A stretch of DNA of 64,000 bases from Patescibacteria group bacterium (GTDB lineage Bacteria > Patescibacteriota > Minisyncoccia > 2-02-FULL-40-12 > GWA2-44-9): NCBI GenBank assembly GCA_038064515.1, contig JBBTSY010000007.1, positions 18,249-82,248 on the forward strand. The letters run 5' to 3'. The notes below the pieces were generated by a model. That model saw only the letters and a program-made list of their open reading frames with translations, did not search any database and had not been told where the DNA came from. Both the position numbers and the translations under genes were made by a program. Position 1 is the first letter of the stretch; every line of letters begins with the position of its first letter. This document shows positions 20,789 through 29,776 of the stretch, one piece after another.

Positions 20789-21721
20789 ATGAAAGAGGGG
20801 TGTTCATTGACAGTTCAGTATAGGCCCTACCTGGAGCGAACTCCTGACACTCAATATCAGGATTTGCTCCGTCGTGTGCGTACCGAAGGCATCTACACGA
20901 AAAACGAGTTCCAGACAAACGGGACCTACACCTCCGTCACGCTTCCCAAGATGATATTCCCGCTGGCCAACGGCGTTCCGCTCATCACCGAGCGGAAGTG
21001 CCCTTTTTGGCGTAAGCCGATTTCAGAGATCATCGCCTTCATCAATGGCGCCCGAACACTCAATCAACTCCGCCAATACGGAGACGAAAAGACGTGGGCG
21101 TCCTGGTGGGCAACCTGGGTTACCGCCCAGAAGTGCGCCGACTTCGGACTCGAGGAAGGAGATCTTGGTCCTGGCTCATATGGAGCCGCGTTCCACGATT
21201 TCCCCATGCCTGATAGAAGCACCTTCAACCAGTGGGAGCACCTAATCCGGGAGATCCATGATTTCCCATGGCTACGAACTCACAAGATCACCACGTGGAT
21301 CCCCTACTACGCCCTACAGCACAAAGGATTCAAACGCAAAGTCGTTGTGGCACCCTGCCACGGTGACGTGCAGGTGACCATCCTGAACAACCAGTTGTAC
21401 CTGCAGATGGATCAGCGGTCCTGCGATACCATCGTCGGCCTGCCCAGCAACCTGATCCAGTACGCGGCCGTCACCTTGATGGTGGCGCAAGTGACTGGCT
21501 ATGAGGCGCACACGTACGTGCACAACGTTCGCGACGGACAGATCTACGAGAACCAGCTGGACTGGTGCGACGAGCTCCTGAACCGGCCATCCAAGCCGTT
21601 CCCAACTCTCCGCATCATCGATCCGACTATCAACGATCTGTTCGCGTTCAGACCCGAGCATTTCGAGCTGACCGACTACGATGCTCATCCAGCCATGAAC
21701 GACATCCCGGTTACGACCTAA
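20789..21721 (+). CDS. thyA: thymidylate synthase (start may be TTG at 20807)
   Basis: DLGPGSYG, APCH, QRSCD, N..QYA; followed by DHFR. Confidence 0.9.
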   Translation: MKEGCSLTVQYRPYLERTPDTQYQDLLRRVRTEGIYTKNEFQTNGTYTSVTLPKMIFPLANGVPLITERKCPFWRKPISEIIAFINGARTLNQLRQYGDEKTWASWWATWVTAQKCADFGLEEGDLGPGSYGAAFHDFPMPDRSTFNQWEHLIREIHDFPWLRTHKITTWIPYYALQHKGFKRKVVVAPCHGDVQVTILNNQLYLQMDQRSCDTIVGLPSNLIQYAAVTLMVAQVTGYEAHTYVHNVRDGQIYENQLDWCDELLNRPSKPFPTLRIIDPTINDLFAFRPEHFELTDYDAHPAMNDIPVTT

Positions 21722-21732
21722 GCGAGGGTACG

Positions 21733-22665
21733 ATGATAAATCTGATCGCAGCCGTTTCTCAAGACGGGTTCATCGCAAACCAGGATGGCAAGATCCCGTG
21801 GCATCTGAAAAGCGACATGGATCACTTCGTGGCACAGACGAATGGCCATCCGGTCATCATGGGAAGAAACACCTGGGAATCTCTTCTGCCCAAGTTCCGT
21901 CCCCTGCCGGGACGCAGGAACATCGTCGTGTCCCAACGACCCAACTTCACCGCCGATGGTGCTGAAGTTGTGTACTCTACCACTATGGCGCTGACGGTCA
22001 CTGATGACGACGAGGAAGTGTTTGTCATCGGCGGTGAACGGGTGTATCGCCACATGCTGGCGGAAGCCGAGCGCCTAATCATCACACGGGTCAACATGAC
22101 CGTAGGCACCGGTAGAGCCCGATTCCCGAACATCCATCCTGATGAGTGGAAACTCGTGTCGCAAACGCCAGGAGTGCGCACAGGAAAGGACGAATACGAC
22201 TTCGCCATTGAGGACTACACGCCGAACCTCGAGTTCATCGAGTTGGCCAACGTGCGCACACACAAACAGCTCAAGGAGTACCGTGTCATCCGCGAACAGG
22301 GTCACTGCCCGTTCTGCCAAGACAACCTGCCCCTGTACCACGACAATCCCATACTGCGTAAGGGAAAGTACTGGCTTCTGACCCAGAACGACTACCCGTA
22401 TGCGGGAACCGATGCCCACCTACTGCTCATCCTTCGTGAGCATGCGGAAAACTTCAGAGATCTTCTCCTTGAGGCGCAGCAGGAGCTCTTCATGTTCATC
22501 GCAGACATGGAGATGGAGGGAAAATTTCAAGGAGGCGGGCTCTGTGCCCGCGCTGGCGATCCGCTTCTCTCGGGAGCGAGCGTCAAGCACCTGCACTTCC
22601 ACCTGATTGCACCAACGAAAGGAGCACAGCCAACAGCGTTCTTTATGGGCAAGGGCAAACGTTAA
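21733..22665 (+). CDS. folA: dihydrofolate reductase fused to a HIT-like domain
   Basis: Start MINLIAAV at 21733; IPWHL, IMGRNTWES, PLPGRRNIV, IGG; C-terminal CPFC...HLHFH. Confidence 0.88.
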   Translation: MINLIAAVSQDGFIANQDGKIPWHLKSDMDHFVAQTNGHPVIMGRNTWESLLPKFRPLPGRRNIVVSQRPNFTADGAEVVYSTTMALTVTDDDEEVFVIGGERVYRHMLAEAERLIITRVNMTVGTGRARFPNIHPDEWKLVSQTPGVRTGKDEYDFAIEDYTPNLEFIELANVRTHKQLKEYRVIREQGHCPFCQDNLPLYHDNPILRKGKYWLLTQNDYPYAGTDAHLLLILREHAENFRDLLLEAQQELFMFIADMEMEGKFQGGGLCARAGDPLLSGASVKHLHFHLIAPTKGAQPTAFFMGKGKR

Positions 22666-22680
22666 CTGTCCAGCCCGCCA

Positions 22681-22719
22681 CGAGCCGTTCCGCGTTTAGC
22701 GGGCGGCTCGTTCTTCTTT
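22681..22719 (+). terminator. intrinsic terminator between convergent genes
   Basis: GAGCCG...CGGCTC stem followed by TTCTTCTTT. Confidence 0.55.
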
Positions 22720-23554
22720 AATTTTCTTTTACTCGGATGAGTTTGATGCCCGCGCTCCGTAAATTATGCTCAGCGCCTAGGTTAGAATAACCGTCAGCGT
22801 AATAAACTTTTTTGATGCCCGCTTGGATTATCGACAAGGCACACGTAGGACACGGAAATGTAGTTACATAAATAGAAGTACCCTCAAGAGAGATACCTTT
22901 TTGAGCCGCTCGAGCAATAAGTCCTGCTTCGCCATGGAGAGCCATATTCATATCCTTGAGTTGAGGATCTCCAGCATCGAAATTTCCACGAGGATCTCCA
23001 TCAATATATAGTGTGTTCTCGGTAGGCTTATGTTGATTATATCCTTCAAGGATTAGCTTGCCTTCTTTCACAATAACCGCGCCAACTTGCCGCCACCAGT
23101 CAGAGCTCTTTTGGGCATTACTTCGAGCTCTGCTTATAAACTCGCGGTCAAAGTCACTTTGAGAAATTTCATTGTCGAAGGTAACCGGAACAGCGGTGAC
23201 AGCCGCCATTTTATCCCATCGAAGAAATACGGGTTCAAACGCAACCGGTATATCAACACAATAGGATTCCGCGACCGCTCTCATGACTTCATCATTGGCG
23301 AATACTACTGCATCTGCTCTTTTTAAATCAGAAATGTTCTCCTTTTCGAGGAGCTTTATCACCGGAGCCAATGAAAGCGCTTTGCAAACAGAAACAACTT
23401 CTACTGGGCTCAACGCCCGTATATCACGCTCGAGAATGGTGACGTCCTTCAAGAAGCTACTGCCGAGAACGTAGAGAACGTCTGGCTGTATCTTTCGACA
23501 AAACTCTTGGTGCCCCTTGTGGACGACCGGAATGTACGCTGCTGCTATTTTCAT
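22718..23554 (-). CDS. dCMP deaminase-family protein with N-terminal extension
   Basis: Start MKIAAAY at 23554; HGE...FPCPTC zinc deaminase motif. Confidence 0.85.
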   Translation of the reverse strand: MKIAAAYIPVVHKGHQEFCRKIQPDVLYVLGSSFLKDVTILERDIRALSPVEVVSVCKALSLAPVIKLLEKENISDLKRADAVVFANDEVMRAVAESYCVDIPVAFEPVFLRWDKMAAVTAVPVTFDNEISQSDFDREFISRARSNAQKSSDWWRQVGAVIVKEGKLILEGYNQHKPTENTLYIDGDPRGNFDAGDPQLKDMNMALHGEAGLIARAAQKGISLEGTSIYVTTFPCPTCALSIIQAGIKKVYYADGYSNLGAEHNLRSAGIKLIRVKEN

Positions 23555-24152
23555 TATTTTTTCCTCCAAGGAATTCGTTAATAACAAGATTTATTTTCAT
23601 TCCAAGCTGTTCCACCCCATCCATCATTAGTTGACGAAGCTTTGCTGTCGTAGTAGTTCCCGCTTGTGCCGGAAGCACTTTGATGTCGCCGCAGTATTGG
23701 AGTAAATTTTTCTTATCGCGATCGGTAAAATCCACGGTTGTTTGAGACATTACCAGTACATCGGGGCGTACAAGTTTTATGAGTTTGTACATATGGTCAT
23801 TTTCATGTCGAGGAGTAACGATATCGACTGCGGTAAGACTGGAAAGAATTTCAACGCGATCGTTAAATGTATCAAAGGGACGTTTTGGTCCTTTTCGTTT
23901 GCGGGTAAGCTCGTCCGTATCTACACCAACTATTAAAATATCTCCACTACTTTTTGCTTGTTCTAAATACCGTTTGTGCCCAACATGGAAAAGGTCATAG
24001 ACGCCCTGCGTGAGTACGATTTTGTACCCAGCATTCTTAAGTGTTTTAATGACTGCGGAAAGGGAAGCATAATCAGGAACATAGTGATGTTCCAATCCTG
24101 GAGTACGACTCACAATGTTCTTTACGATTTGTGAATTGGGCGAAGTGGGCAT
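23457..24152 (-). CDS. cytidylyltransferase/adenylyltransferase (RfaE/TagD-like)
   Basis: TQGVYDLFHVGH HIGH-type motif, KGPKRP. Confidence 0.82.
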   Translation of the reverse strand: MPTSPNSQIVKNIVSRTPGLEHHYVPDYASLSAVIKTLKNAGYKIVLTQGVYDLFHVGHKRYLEQAKSSGDILIVGVDTDELTRKRKGPKRPFDTFNDRVEILSSLTAVDIVTPRHENDHMYKLIKLVRPDVLVMSQTTVDFTDRDKKNLLQYCGDIKVLPAQAGTTTTAKLRQLMMDGVEQLGMKINLVINEFLGGKNNENSSSVHSGRPQGAPRVLSKDTARRSLRSRQ

Positions 24153-24201
24153 ATGAATAAGTTTAAAATACCATACCCCATACCAATGTACAATTCAAGC
24201 A

Positions 24202-24228
24202 AAAAAACCACAACTGTTCGTGGCTTTT
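24202..24228 (-). terminator. probable original rplK terminator
   Basis: Minus strand AAAAGCCAC-loop-GTGGTTTTTT right after the orphan rplK 3' end. Confidence 0.55.
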
Positions 24229-24230
24229 AG

Positions 24231-24272
24231 CTATTTTACCTCGATGCCCATATATCGCGCTGTACCCTCAAT
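24231..24272 (-). pseudogene. rplK: displaced 3' end of rplK (attachment-site remnant)
   Basis: Minus strand translates IEGTARYMGIEVK*, versus [13 protein letters not shown] at the end of the intact rplK. Confidence 0.85.
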
Positions 24273-24409
24273 GAAAACACTGTCAGACATTTTCGCCTTG
24301 GAGGATGTTCTTGTTTGAAGAGCTCCCTCCAAGACGAATATAGCATACTTTACTACCTACATTATAACGCACCCTTAACAGTAAAGCAAATCAAGGGTAT
24401 GGATAACCC

Positions 24410-24571
24410 TTAACGCTTCTTTTTACCCTCTTTTTCCCTCATATAAACAGCATAAGCCCATACTCTGCTAATATTGAATATTTCAGCTAGCTTACTGAAG
24501 GAATATTTTTTAGGGTCTTTGTCTCGAAGTTCAACCAACCTCTTGTTTATCTCTAATTTCGGCTTAGACAT
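24410..24571 (-). CDS. small HTH DNA-binding protein
   Basis: Start MSKPKL at 24571; YSFSKLAEIFNISRVWAY HTH. Confidence 0.65.
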   Translation of the reverse strand: MSKPKLEINKRLVELRDKDPKKYSFSKLAEIFNISRVWAYAVYMREKEGKKKR

Positions 24572-24608
24572 TACCCCTATTATAGCATTTACCCCTAACG
24601 ATTCAAAC

Positions 24609-25649
24609 TTATAATTTCCCGTTTGCATGGCCATTTTTGGCGATATAAACAATCCCATTTCCAGGTGGCTTTGCATGGCCATTAGCATCTCCGTTTCCAT
24701 TCGCATGCCCGTTTGCATGGCCATTTCCATTACCAGGAACAGGGGGCTTAACTTCTTTCTGATCCATCTTGTTGCGATATAACTCTTCTCTATCATTTCC
24801 AAAGAGTTGCGTATAAATAAAAGAACTTTGACTATTAGCATGCCCGAGTAGCGATGCTATACCATATGCATTCGTATCCTTGCGAGCCAATTCACGACCA
24901 AAGTGATGTCGACAGGAGTGAGGGTTTAAGGGAATAGCCAAACCTGCCTTGTTAGAATATTTCCTTAAAATCTCTGAGATGAAATTTACCTGTAATATCT
25001 TGCCCTTACCAGGGCAGTTTTTATATCCTCCTTTAATTCCAAAAAAGAGTATTTTGGGGTCAGCTAAGGGAATCTCCTGCGCTAACTCCTCCCTTTTAAT
25101 TAACCACTCGGCAAGAGCTTGATTAGCTTCCTCTCTCCAGAAGATTTCACGATAAGGCACAGTCCCTCTTGATTTCTCTGTCTTAATCCTTGCTGACATA
25201 CGATTCAGATCAATATCCTCTAACCGAAGCGATGCTATCTCGCCGTTACGAGCTCCGCTCTCCCATAATAAAGTTATAATCGCTTTATTACGAACATGGG
25301 TATAACCTTTAAAATCCGAACCAGTCCCGTGATCAGGTATTACAGCAAGGAGTTTTCGGTACTCTTCTTCGGTAGCAACTCGTGGAAATTTAAATGTTTT
25401 TCTGGGTATCGGAATAAGATCGGGATTAAAGACTTTTACGTCTCTATCTTTCAAGAAATCAAAGAGCAACTTTAAGGCAATAGCTTTTTTCTGAACAGCC
25501 TCAAATGCTTTGCAGAATAAATTTTCCGTAGCTCGATATGCAAGATAAGGCTCCGGTGCTTCTGAAAAAAGTTTTGAGAGCGAGCCAATAGCCTTAAGTA
25601 GTCGCTCGTAATACTGCACCTGTTCTTTTGTCTGCGTTTCTATGAACAT
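24609..25649 (-). pseudogene. chimeric ORF: restriction endonuclease N-terminus (~51 aa) fused to a tyrosine recombinase catalytic domain
   Basis: IGSLSKLFSE..PYLAYRATENLFCKAFEA resembles the NgoFVII-type REase start; remainder has GARNGE, HSCRH, LLGH and the catalytic Tyr. Confidence 0.75.
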
Positions 25650-26607
25650 CGTTAGATTTTGTTTCTAAAGCCTTCTTAATCTGGCGGGCTACCCGTGAGA
25701 TCACGGAGACTGTGACCGAATTTCCAAACTGCTTATAAAGCTTGGTGTCTGGAAGGTCTTTTGGAAGCTTATAGGTTTCCGGAAATCCTTGCAACCTTGC
25801 GCATTCCCTAGGAGTAAGTTTTCTAACGCCCTTATAATCTTTAATTAACGGCACATTGTGCCCTCCTGTCCCCATATTGGCAGTAAGTGTCGGACAAACC
25901 CCGCTCTTATTCTCGCGAACATAAGCTCTTCGCCACTGATATACAGTGCCTTTTGACTGCATTGCTTCCCTCAGTTGTCCATAGAGAGGATGCTTATTAT
26001 AGTAATATCTCTCATCAACGTTTTCGTCAAGAATGTCGGAAACTGTTTTATCAAGAGAAAGCGATTCTGGAAATTCAAATGCGTCGAATTGCTGTTTGGA
26101 TTTGAATCCAACAATATAAATTCTCTCTCTATTTTGAGGAACATTCCCATATTTCGCGCTATTTAAAACCTCGGCTTTTACATGATAGCCCAAATCCGAA
26201 AGCGCTTCAGAAATAATTTTAAAAGTTTTGCCATTATCATGGGATTTAAGATTTTTTACGTTTTCTAGAAAAACTGCTTTCGGCTTTTTATCTCTAAGGA
26301 TTCTAACTATTTAAAAAAATAAATCCCCCCTGCCGGTATCAAGAAACCCTCTTCGGTATCCAGCGATTGAGAAGGGTTGGCACGGAAATCCACCGAGAAG
26401 AATATCAAAATTCGGCAAGTCAGAACTCTTAACTTTTGAAATATCCGCAACAGTAAGCGGAGTTCCCTTAAAGTTGAGATCATAGGTCGGCTTGCAATAC
26501 GGATCAAAGTCATTGGCAAAAACAGTCTCAAATCCGGCTCTTTTAAAGCCTATTCTTATGCCTCCAATTCCTGCAAACAAATCAATGGTTTTGAGTGAAT
26601 TGCTCAT
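25594..26607 (-). pseudogene. C5-cytosine DNA methyltransferase interrupted by an in-frame TAA (26311-26313)
   Basis: DLFAGIGG, GFPCQPFS, then LFF*IVRIL..FLENVKNL continuing in frame to PQNRER, RLQGFP, QFGNSV. Confidence 0.9.
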
Positions 26608-26700
26608 ATTTAAATCATAACAAGATTACCCATAAAAAGCAGCCTCGTTTTTATAAGCTTATCCACATTCTACCTCGAAAGGCTCGGTTTGTCTGCCTTT

Positions 26701-26898
26701 TTACTTAATTAACTTTTCCAATTCATAAAGAACTCTGGCTATAATCTGCCTGACTCTTTCCGGACTGATATTAAACATCTTTCCACTTTCCTTGAGGGTA
26801 TGGGGCTTATCATCTATTCCATGACGAAATTCAAATATCCTTATATACCTGGGCTTGAGATTAAGACGATTTCTGACCTTTTTATACTGTTCGATCAT
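26701..26898 (-). CDS. small sigma-70 region 4-like HTH protein
   Basis: Start MIEQYK at 26898; HTLKESGKMFNISPERVRQII. Confidence 0.7.
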   Translation of the reverse strand: MIEQYKKVRNRLNLKPRYIRIFEFRHGIDDKPHTLKESGKMFNISPERVRQIIARVLYELEKLIK

Positions 26899-26968
26899 TA
26901 AAAATTTTTCGAAAGCCCAAGTAATCAATCAAGTACCAAGGCTCCAAGTTCCCAAGTCCCCGATGAAA
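26897..26968 (-). repeat. 72-bp 3' flank of VR1 (IMH region), identical to 29589-29660
   Basis: Exact direct repeat with iterated CTTGG/CTTGA motifs. Confidence 0.95.
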
Positions 26969-27088
26969 CTACCGAGCGGGGCAGACGCCGAGAGTGGAAT
27001 CCGAGTTGCCACGCGAATCGTAGTCGACGTGGAGACCGCCCGAATCGAAGCCACCAGCGCAGACGAAGCTGCCGTCGGACGACTGCAC
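26969..27088 (-). repeat. DGR variable region VR1
   Basis: 120-nt match to TR with 11 mismatches, all at TR adenines. Confidence 0.97.
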
Positions 27089-27907
27089 GGCTGACCAATC
27101 CCATGTTCTTTCTAAGAGAGACTCCTTATTAGCACCGTAATATGTAATGGTATCATAAACTACCTCAGTAGGAGTTCTTCTTCGTACAGAATTCGGATCT
27201 ATTCCATTTTTCTTAGCCCATTCTTTAAGAACCTCTTCTTGCTGGTCCCAATTTTTACTAAGAGATTCCGGTAAAACTGCTTTAGCGGCCAAACCCCAGC
27301 CTAATTTAGTAGTATCTTCTAAAGAAAACTTTTCCTTGTCATGCCAAGCCTCGCCTTTTTTATAATAAAATATTTTATTCTTTTTCTTTGTAGGATCCCC
27401 GAGCTTATCTTCGCCCTGCATTACCTCCCGCATCCTGTCTATGCTTAAAGGTTTTCCTTCCTTATCATGAGGAACTCGAAGCACCAGCATCATACCCAGG
27501 GCTTTTGCCTGTTCTAATTCTTCCCTGCTGAAAGGTATATTTTCTATTTGGCTTGCTTCTTCAGGCGTTAATTTAATGCCCCAGGTTTTTTCAACTGCCT
27601 CCGGACCAATAAAATCTTTTTCCAATATTTCCCTAGCTTCTCTGAAATCTAAACGGGCCTCCGGAGAAGCAAGTTTTTCCAATTGCTGAAGCTTTTCAAG
27701 CGCTTGGCCTAAATCATTATTAGCAAAAGCTTCTTGAACTCCTTTTGCCAACTCAATAGATTTTACTTTTAGCTCGGCCTCTTCACGCTCTTGCTGTTCT
27801 CTTTCTTCAATCTCTCTTTGAGCCGAATCTTTTTCCTTCTTTTTGCCAGCACTTTTGGATTGTTCGCCTTTCCAAAAAGCTTCAAATTGTGGTTTCTCGG
27901 ACGACAT
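26969..27907 (-). CDS. DGR target protein 1 (probable C-terminal C-type lectin fold)
   Basis: Ends in VR1 (...WDWSAVQSSDGSFVCAGGFDSGGLHVDYDSRGNSDSTLGVCPAR*). Confidence 0.92.
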   Translation of the reverse strand: MSSEKPQFEAFWKGEQSKSAGKKKEKDSAQREIEEREQQEREEAELKVKSIELAKGVQEAFANNDLGQALEKLQQLEKLASPEARLDFREAREILEKDFIGPEAVEKTWGIKLTPEEASQIENIPFSREELEQAKALGMMLVLRVPHDKEGKPLSIDRMREVMQGEDKLGDPTKKKNKIFYYKKGEAWHDKEKFSLEDTTKLGWGLAAKAVLPESLSKNWDQQEEVLKEWAKKNGIDPNSVRRRTPTEVVYDTITYYGANKESLLERTWDWSAVQSSDGSFVCAGGFDSGGLHVDYDSRGNSDSTLGVCPAR

Positions 27908-27909
27908 AA

Positions 27910-29562
27910 TTATAATTCGGAGATAAGTGTAGCTAAATAAGTACGCTCTTCTCCTAGTGGAATTTTAGGAAGCACAACCTCTTGAACTGCCTTTTTAGCC
28001 TTGGTCATACCCCTTCTCTTTTCTTCTTCAGTAATAACCATGGCCGGCAATTCGTAAGCGCACTCAACAGATTCACGCAAGCTAAAAACGAATTTAATCG
28101 GTTCATCAGATTTGCCTTCATGGTACGCCCTATAAGCTCCCCTGATTTTATTTGCAATTTCAGCCACTTCCTTTATATCCTCAATCTGTTCTTTTACGGA
28201 AGCAGTAAGCAAATCAGCTACTTTGGGGTTTGCCTTATTATTGGCTACCGCATCCCAAAGCATTTGGAATTCTTCAGGAGTAAAATCTTTAAGATCGGGG
28301 ACATACTGGCGCAAGATTAAAGCCTCGTCCGATCTGAATTCGATTTTATCATTCGGACCTTTTCTTTCCTTCTCAAATGGAGGGTATGTGACCTCCATGA
28401 TTCGGGCTCGAGATTTGATCGTTTCCGCTAATGGTTTTACGCCCATATAGTGCTGTGGGTTTTCCAATCCTACCAATAAAACTTCTTCTGCGGCTTTTAC
28501 TATATTCTTATCTTCTCCTAAATATATAGCGCGGTCATGGTCAAATAAAGAATTGAGAATCTTCGCAACTTCCGGTTTAAGGGTATTGATTTCGTCAAAT
28601 TCGAGAATAGCACCTGGCGTTTCAAGAGCTTCTATAACCGTAGACTTGATTCTGTAGGTTCCCCGCTTGGAATCATACTCAAGAAGATACTTAAAGTCCT
28701 GTTCATCCTTTCCTGCAGAACAAGTAAATCTAAATAACGGCCTCTGGGTTAAATAGGCAAAGTGATCAATAATTTTATTCTTTCCAGTACCGGCATCGCC
28801 TTCCAATATAACAATACCCTGACCGCGCTCACGCTGGCGATTAACTAATTTAGTAAATTTCTCCATTGTCTCAACCACATGCGGAGTCTCAACAAAGTTT
28901 GGATCACGGCTAAGGACATCTTTAGCTCCTTCGGTAGCTAAACCATTAAGATGCCTCAAGGCTCTGAGCACCCATTCTGAATCAGGATGTTTTTCTTTTA
29001 ACTCTTCGAAATAGTGCTTGGCCGATTCTTGTTTTTCCGGATCATCGCTGGAAAGATTCTGTACGGCCTCTAAATATCCTGACCTCTCTTTCTTTAATGC
29101 CTTATAATCGCTCAGGGGTAGATATCTGTCCTTTTCTCCAAATCTTACCTTGCCCTGCGAATTGCCTCCTGGCTTAATCTCTACGCCGTCATTCCTTTTA
29201 AAGGATATCTCTACCATGGTTTGGCCTTGTTCTCGAAACTGTTCACCTTCTACATCCCAAAGAAGTTTCTCTCCTTTCGGCTCAAAGACTGGTGTAGATT
29301 CTTGGCCGATGCGCACTTCCTTAGCTCCTTCAATGGGCACGATCTTTTCTTTTTGCTTTGCGTGCACCTCCAAAAACTCTGAAACCTCCTGGGTCTTGCC
29401 CTCAACATCAACCTGCTTAAGAAGTTCCTTTGCTTCCTCCGGTATTTTGCCGGATTTTAAAAGCTCGGCCTTAATCGCCTCAATTCTCTCAAGACGGTCC
29501 ATGTCGTCTGGACGAAAGGCTTTAAATGATTCGACTGATGGCATAGGAATTCGTTCTTTCAT
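27910..29562 (-). CDS. MoxR/CobS/NorQ-type AAA+ ATPase
   Basis: Walker A GDAGTGKN, Walker B FDEIN, ENP sensor I, FSLRE sensor II. Confidence 0.88.
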   Translation of the reverse strand: MKERIPMPSVESFKAFRPDDMDRLERIEAIKAELLKSGKIPEEAKELLKQVDVEGKTQEVSEFLEVHAKQKEKIVPIEGAKEVRIGQESTPVFEPKGEKLLWDVEGEQFREQGQTMVEISFKRNDGVEIKPGGNSQGKVRFGEKDRYLPLSDYKALKKERSGYLEAVQNLSSDDPEKQESAKHYFEELKEKHPDSEWVLRALRHLNGLATEGAKDVLSRDPNFVETPHVVETMEKFTKLVNRQRERGQGIVILEGDAGTGKNKIIDHFAYLTQRPLFRFTCSAGKDEQDFKYLLEYDSKRGTYRIKSTVIEALETPGAILEFDEINTLKPEVAKILNSLFDHDRAIYLGEDKNIVKAAEEVLLVGLENPQHYMGVKPLAETIKSRARIMEVTYPPFEKERKGPNDKIEFRSDEALILRQYVPDLKDFTPEEFQMLWDAVANNKANPKVADLLTASVKEQIEDIKEVAEIANKIRGAYRAYHEGKSDEPIKFVFSLRESVECAYELPAMVITEEEKRRGMTKAKKAVQEVVLPKIPLGEERTYLATLISEL

Positions 29563-29588
29563 AATTTATTTATTTTTTACGATTATTT

Positions 29589-29660
29589 ATTAAAAATTTT
29601 TCGAAAGCCCAAGTAATCAATCAAGTACCAAGGCTCCAAGTTCCCAAGTCCCCGATGAAA
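29589..29660 (-). repeat. 72-bp 3' flank of VR2 (IMH region), identical to 26897-26968
   Basis: Exact direct repeat. Confidence 0.95.
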
Positions 29661-29776
29661 CTACCGAGCGGGGCAGACGCCGAGAGTGGAATCCGAGTTG
29701 CCACGCGAATCGCGGTCGACGCCGAGACCGTCCGAATCGAAGGCACCAGCGCAGACGAAGCTGCCGCCGGACGACT
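29661..29776 (-). repeat. DGR variable region VR2
   Basis: 116-nt match to TR with 13 mismatches, all at TR adenines. Confidence 0.97.

Noticed and set aside
21565-21732. Long thyA/folA overlap
   Set aside because: DHFR homology begins at ATG 21733, preceded by a GAGGG SD-like sequence.
23457-23554. Programmed frameshift between the cytidylyltransferase and deaminase genes
   Set aside because: The ~98-nt overlap follows an A6 run and could be a lost stop or a homopolymer error; no stimulatory structure seen.
26311-26313. Stop-codon recoding (alternative genetic code) in the MTase
   Set aside because: The codon is TAA, which many genes here use as a normal stop; a single nonsense mutation is simpler.
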